From NCBI GenBank assembly GCA_965221165.1, contig CBDCRP010000003.1:1344001-1408000 (forward strand): a DNA stretch of 64,000 bases. Reading direction: 5' to 3'. This document shows positions 60,292 to 64,000 of this stretch, one piece after another (position 1 is the stretch's first letter; the number at the start of each line of letters is the position of its first letter). Source of the stretch: a bacterium. GTDB taxonomy: Bacteria > UBA8248. The position numbers were made by a program, and so were the translations under genes. The notes beneath the pieces are model-generated. The model did not search any database and was not told the DNA's origin. It worked only from the letters and a program-made list of their open reading frames with translations.

Positions 60292-62703
60292 TCACGAGCG
60301 AAGTCGCGCGCCCAGACGCGCGCCCAGAACCCCTACGATCCCCTCGAACGCCTCGCTGACCTGCTCGTCGGTGAGCGTCGCCTCCGGGTGGCGGAACACC
60401 AGCGAATACGCCAGGCTCTTCTCCCCCGAAGCCTCGAGGGCGGAATCCTGATAGACATCGAACAAATTCACCGACTCGAGCCAATCTCCTCCCGCTTGAC
60501 GGATCATTTCCTCCACCTGTCCATTGGTCCGCTCGGCATTCACCACCACCGCCAGATCGCGCAAAGAAGCCGGGTACTTCGGCAAGGGCTTCATCCGGCG
60601 GGGGGCGGACTCGATTTCGGCCAAAGCGGCGAGGGTTATCTCGAAAGCAGACACGCGGGCTTCGATATCCCACACGTCCAGCGCCTCGGGCGCCATCAAC
60701 CCGACGTGGCCGAGGGCCGTATCGCCGGCAAGAATCTTTGAAGCCGCGGATGCATCCCACCCCGGAGCAGCCTCGAGCGGCTCGAAGAGGAGGTCTTCCA
60801 CCCGCAGCGACCCGAAGAAGCGCTCGAGCACCCCTTTCAGCTCCGATAAAGCTTGTGGAAGCGGCGCATCACCCTCAGACGGCGCGCTCTCCACGACGAC
60901 GCCGGCCATGTGCAACACCTGATTCGGCAAGGCCTCTCCTTTCACGGGATGAAACGCGCGTCCCAGCTCGAACAGGCGAATCTCACCCACCGCCCGGCTC
61001 AGATTGTGCGCCACGTTCGCCAGCAGCCCCGCGAGCAGCGTGGTCCTGAGCACATCCATCTCGCCGCTCAGGGGATTGCGCAGCGCCACCATCTCCTCAT
61101 CGCGCCACCCCATGCTCCTGAGGGCCTCCCTGCTGACGAAACTGTAGTTGAGCGCCTCGCTGAATCCGCCGGCCAGCATCATCCGGCGCGCGCCCAACTC
61201 GAGGGAGCGGTTGCGCGTCGGCCTTGCGGCGGGGCTTGCCGAGGTCGGCAGCGTGGCGGGAATGTTCTCGTAGCCCACCCTTCTGCCCACCTCTTCGATC
61301 AGGTCGATCTCGCGTTCGATGTCCGGCCGGAATGTCGGGACCTCGACGTTGAAAACGCCGTCGCTCTTTTCGCTCACGAGAAGCCCCAGGGATTCGAGAC
61401 TCTCCCTCACGCGGGAAGCATCCAGGGATACACCGAGCAGGCTCGATGCGCGCGCCACCCGAATCGGCACCTGTTTGGGCGCGATGGGGGCGGGATGGGC
61501 ATCCACCGCCCCGTGGGCGATGTCGCCGCCCGCCGTCCGCCGAATGAGTTCGGCGGCCAAATCCGCCGCGCGAACGGTGCCCGAGGGGTCCACTCCGCGC
61601 TCGAAGCGATACGAGGCCTCCGTGGACATGCCCAGACGCCTGCGCGTGCGCCGGATGGTCTGGGGCGTGAAATAAGCGCTCTCCAAGAGAATATCCCGGG
61701 TGTCCTCGCTCACCTCGGATTCGAGGCCACCCATCACGCCGCCGATGGCGACGGGTTTTTCTCCGTCACAGATCATGAGGTCCCCATCGTCCATCTCGCG
61801 CGCCTGGCCATCGAGCGTGGTGAAGGGGCCATCGCTCCCGGCCCACCTTCTCACGATGATTTTCTGCTCGGCGAGGCGGTGCAGATCAAACGCGTGGAGC
61901 GGCTGCCCCAAAGAGAGCATCACATAGTTCGTCACGTCGACCACGTTGTTGATCGGCCGCATGCCGGCCGCCCGCAAGCGTCGCCCCATCCATCCGTGCG
62001 ATGGGCCGATTTCGACCCCCTGGATGATGCGGGCGGCATAGCGCGGGCATTTGTCCGGGTCCCATATCTCCACCGCGCAGGCCGAAGCCGCAGGCGTATT
62101 CCCATCCTCTTGCACGGACATGTCGGGCATGCGCAAGGATACGCCCAAAAGGGCCGCCGCCTCGCGCGCCACGCCCAGGACGGAGAGGCAATCCGCGCGG
62201 TTCGGGGTAATCGAGATGTCGAAAATCACATCCTTCAGCCCGAGAAGCTCCGCCGCGTCACTCCCGATGACGGACGCGCCCGAGAGCACCATGATGCCGC
62301 CATGATCCGCCCCCAGGCCGAGTTCGCGCTCCGAGCAGATCATCCCCTCGCTCCGCTCACCGCGAATCCGGGCGATTTCGACCTTCATCCCTCCCGGCAT
62401 CCGCACCCCAGGCTTCGCCAGTACGACGCGCCGGCCCGCCGCGACGTTGGGCGCGCCGCACACTACGGAGCGCTCCCCCGCGCCATCGGCTACGCGGCAG
62501 ACTTTCAGCCTATCCGCATTGGGGTGGGGCTCCACGGACAAGACCTCGGCCACCACCAGCCCGTCGAACGCTCCCTCGGGGCGCTCGAGCGCCTCGACCT
62601 CGAGACCCGCGAGCAGAAGCCCGTTCGCCAGGCGCTCGGGCAGTTCGGGGTCTTCTAAGTCCAAATCGATAAAATCGGCGAGCCACTCCAGGCTAATCCG
62701 CAT
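60292..62703 (-). CDS. pheT: Phenylalanine--tRNA ligase beta subunit
   Basis: HPNADRL, VCGAPN, TPNRADCLS, RFERG, DLIEEV, GARLR. Confidence 0.97.
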   Translation of the reverse strand: MRISLEWLADFIDLDLEDPELPERLANGLLLAGLEVEALERPEGAFDGLVVAEVLSVEPHPNADRLKVCRVADGAGERSVVCGAPNVAAGRRVVLAKPGVRMPGGMKVEIARIRGERSEGMICSERELGLGADHGGIMVLSGASVIGSDAAELLGLKDVIFDISITPNRADCLSVLGVAREAAALLGVSLRMPDMSVQEDGNTPAASACAVEIWDPDKCPRYAARIIQGVEIGPSHGWMGRRLRAAGMRPINNVVDVTNYVMLSLGQPLHAFDLHRLAEQKIIVRRWAGSDGPFTTLDGQAREMDDGDLMICDGEKPVAIGGVMGGLESEVSEDTRDILLESAYFTPQTIRRTRRRLGMSTEASYRFERGVDPSGTVRAADLAAELIRRTAGGDIAHGAVDAHPAPIAPKQVPIRVARASSLLGVSLDASRVRESLESLGLLVSEKSDGVFNVEVPTFRPDIEREIDLIEEVGRRVGYENIPATLPTSASPAARPTRNRSLELGARRMMLAGGFSEALNYSFVSREALRSMGWRDEEMVALRNPLSGEMDVLRTTLLAGLLANVAHNLSRAVGEIRLFELGRAFHPVKGEALPNQVLHMAGVVVESAPSEGDAPLPQALSELKGVLERFFGSLRVEDLLFEPLEAAPGWDASAASKILAGDTALGHVGLMAPEALDVWDIEARVSAFEITLAALAEIESAPRRMKPLPKYPASLRDLAVVVNAERTNGQVEEMIRQAGGDWLESVNLFDVYQDSALEASGEKSLAYSLVFRHPEATLTDEQVSEAFEGIVGVLGARLGARLRS

Positions 62704-62736
62704 CGGGGTTCCTCATCGCGCGCACCATTCGAAAAG

Positions 62737-63849
62737 TCAGAATTGCCGCAACATTCTCAAGTCGTTTTCAAAGAAAAGACGAATATCGCTGATCCCGTAA
62801 CGCAGCATGGTGATGCGCTCCACGCCCAGCCCCCAGGCGAATCCGCTCCACCTTTCGGGGTCATACCCCACGGCCTCGAAGACCGCCGGGTCCACCATCC
62901 CTGCGCCCAAAACCTCCATCCACTCGCCGCCCGCCAGATAATCGCTGGCGATGTCCACCTCGACGCTCGGCTCCGTGAAGGGGAAGAAACTCGGCCTGAG
63001 CCGCACCCGATACTCGGGTCCGAAGATTTCGCGCACGAAAGCCTCGAGCGTTCCCTTGAGGTCGGCGAAAGTCACGCCCTCGTCCACATACAAGCCCTCG
63101 ATCTGGTGGAACATGGGCGAATGCGTAATGTCGGCGTCGCAGCGGAACACCTTGCCGGGGGCGATGATCTTCACGGGAGGCGGCTGCTTTTCCATCACCC
63201 GGATCTGGACGGGCGAGGTGTGCGTGCGCAAAAGAGCGTCGCCGGTCAGATAAAACGTATCCTGCATGTCGCGAGCCGGATGGTCCTTCGGGATGTTCAG
63301 GGCTTCAAAATTGTAATAATCGAGTTCCGCCTCGGGACCCTCGGCCACGGAATAGCCCAGGCGCGTGAGCACCTCTATCAAATCCTCCATCGTCTGCACC
63401 AGCGGGTGCTCGTGGCCGATGAGGGGCGCGCGCCCGGGAATCGTGAGGTCGAGACGGGAGCGGGAGCTTGCGGCGGCATCCCCGGCGCCCAGACTCTCAT
63501 CCGCCATCCGCTCGAGTTCCTCGCCCAGCGCTCCGCACTTCTCCCTGCCCTTGAGACGTTCGCCGAGGGTGCGGTGCGCTTCGATGATCTTTTCCTTGTC
63601 ATCATCCTTGATGGCCGAAACGCTCGTCTCGATGTAGGCGCGGACCGAGTTTGCCAGCGGGCCGACGATGCGCTTCTCATCCGCGGACAAATCCTTCAGG
63701 CCCCGCATCACGTCATTGAGCGCACCGCCCTTGCGTCCCAGGTAGCGGATGCGCGCGCTCTCGGCCGCCTGCGCGTCGCGCGCGGCCCAGGCCTCGGACA
63801 ACGCGCTCGAGGATTCACGAATGATGTCGAGAAGTATGTTTTCACTCAT
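62737..63849 (-). CDS. pheS: Phenylalanine--tRNA ligase alpha subunit
   Basis: [31 protein letters not shown]. Confidence 0.97.
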   Translation of the reverse strand: MSENILLDIIRESSSALSEAWAARDAQAAESARIRYLGRKGGALNDVMRGLKDLSADEKRIVGPLANSVRAYIETSVSAIKDDDKEKIIEAHRTLGERLKGREKCGALGEELERMADESLGAGDAAASSRSRLDLTIPGRAPLIGHEHPLVQTMEDLIEVLTRLGYSVAEGPEAELDYYNFEALNIPKDHPARDMQDTFYLTGDALLRTHTSPVQIRVMEKQPPPVKIIAPGKVFRCDADITHSPMFHQIEGLYVDEGVTFADLKGTLEAFVREIFGPEYRVRLRPSFFPFTEPSVEVDIASDYLAGGEWMEVLGAGMVDPAVFEAVGYDPERWSGFAWGLGVERITMLRYGISDIRLFFENDLRMLRQF

Positions 63850-63887
63850 GCTTTTTCCTCAATCCCCGACGTTGCGGGGCCGCCATG

Positions 63888-63918
63888 CAAAAAGGCCCCA
63901 CCCCGCAGGGTGGAGCCC
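63888..63918 (-). terminator. Intrinsic terminator after rplT
   Basis: Minus strand gggctccaccctgcggggtggggcc followed by T5. Confidence 0.8.
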
Positions 63919-63941
63919 GAAGCACTTCTTCCCGCCCGACT

Positions 63942-64000
63942 CTAGGCCTGCGCCCGGGCGATTTCCACGAGTTTGCCGAAAGCCTGGGGGTCTTCTATCG
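63942..64000 (-). CDS. rplT: 50S ribosomal protein L20, C-terminal fragment
   Basis: IEDPQAFGKLVEIARAQA*, directly upstream of pheS as in the conserved order. Confidence 0.85.
   Translation of the reverse strand, partial: IEDPQAFGKLVEIARAQA

Overview
Gene-dense, GC-rich chromosomal segment of a Gram-negative bacterium. It encodes Mla components and has the order rplT-pheS-pheT-zapB-zapA-6S-5-FTHF cyclo-ligase-rny-ymdB, suggesting a Deltaproteobacteria/Nitrospinota-like lineage (inference only). Housekeeping genes include dtd, nadK, recN, acs, thiSGE under a TPP riboswitch, bioA, pyrE, alaS, a methylmalonyl-CoA mutase large subunit, an EF-G paralogue and cspA. The most notable items are five. 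(1) A discrete type II FAS/PKS operon at the left edge, with four ketosynthase-fold genes (two intact, one Cys->Ala, one Cys->Ser that the ORF track misses), two FabZ, FabG, a FabL-like reductase, its own AcpS and an oversized ACP. (2) A hidden UGSC-type selenoprotein split by an in-frame TGA, with a SECIS-like hairpin and its conserved partner gene. (3) A His-rich RAPP-motif leader ORF carrying an anti-Shine-Dalgarno sequence, upstream of a two-gene putative metal-handling module. (4) A solitary HsdR_N-type nuclease fused to a SeqA-like C-terminal domain. (5) Several likely pseudo-enzymes, REP clusters and an orphan IHF site next to phased A-tracts. No CRISPR array, tRNA, rRNA or transposase was seen. 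All family calls come from motif recognition, not database searches.
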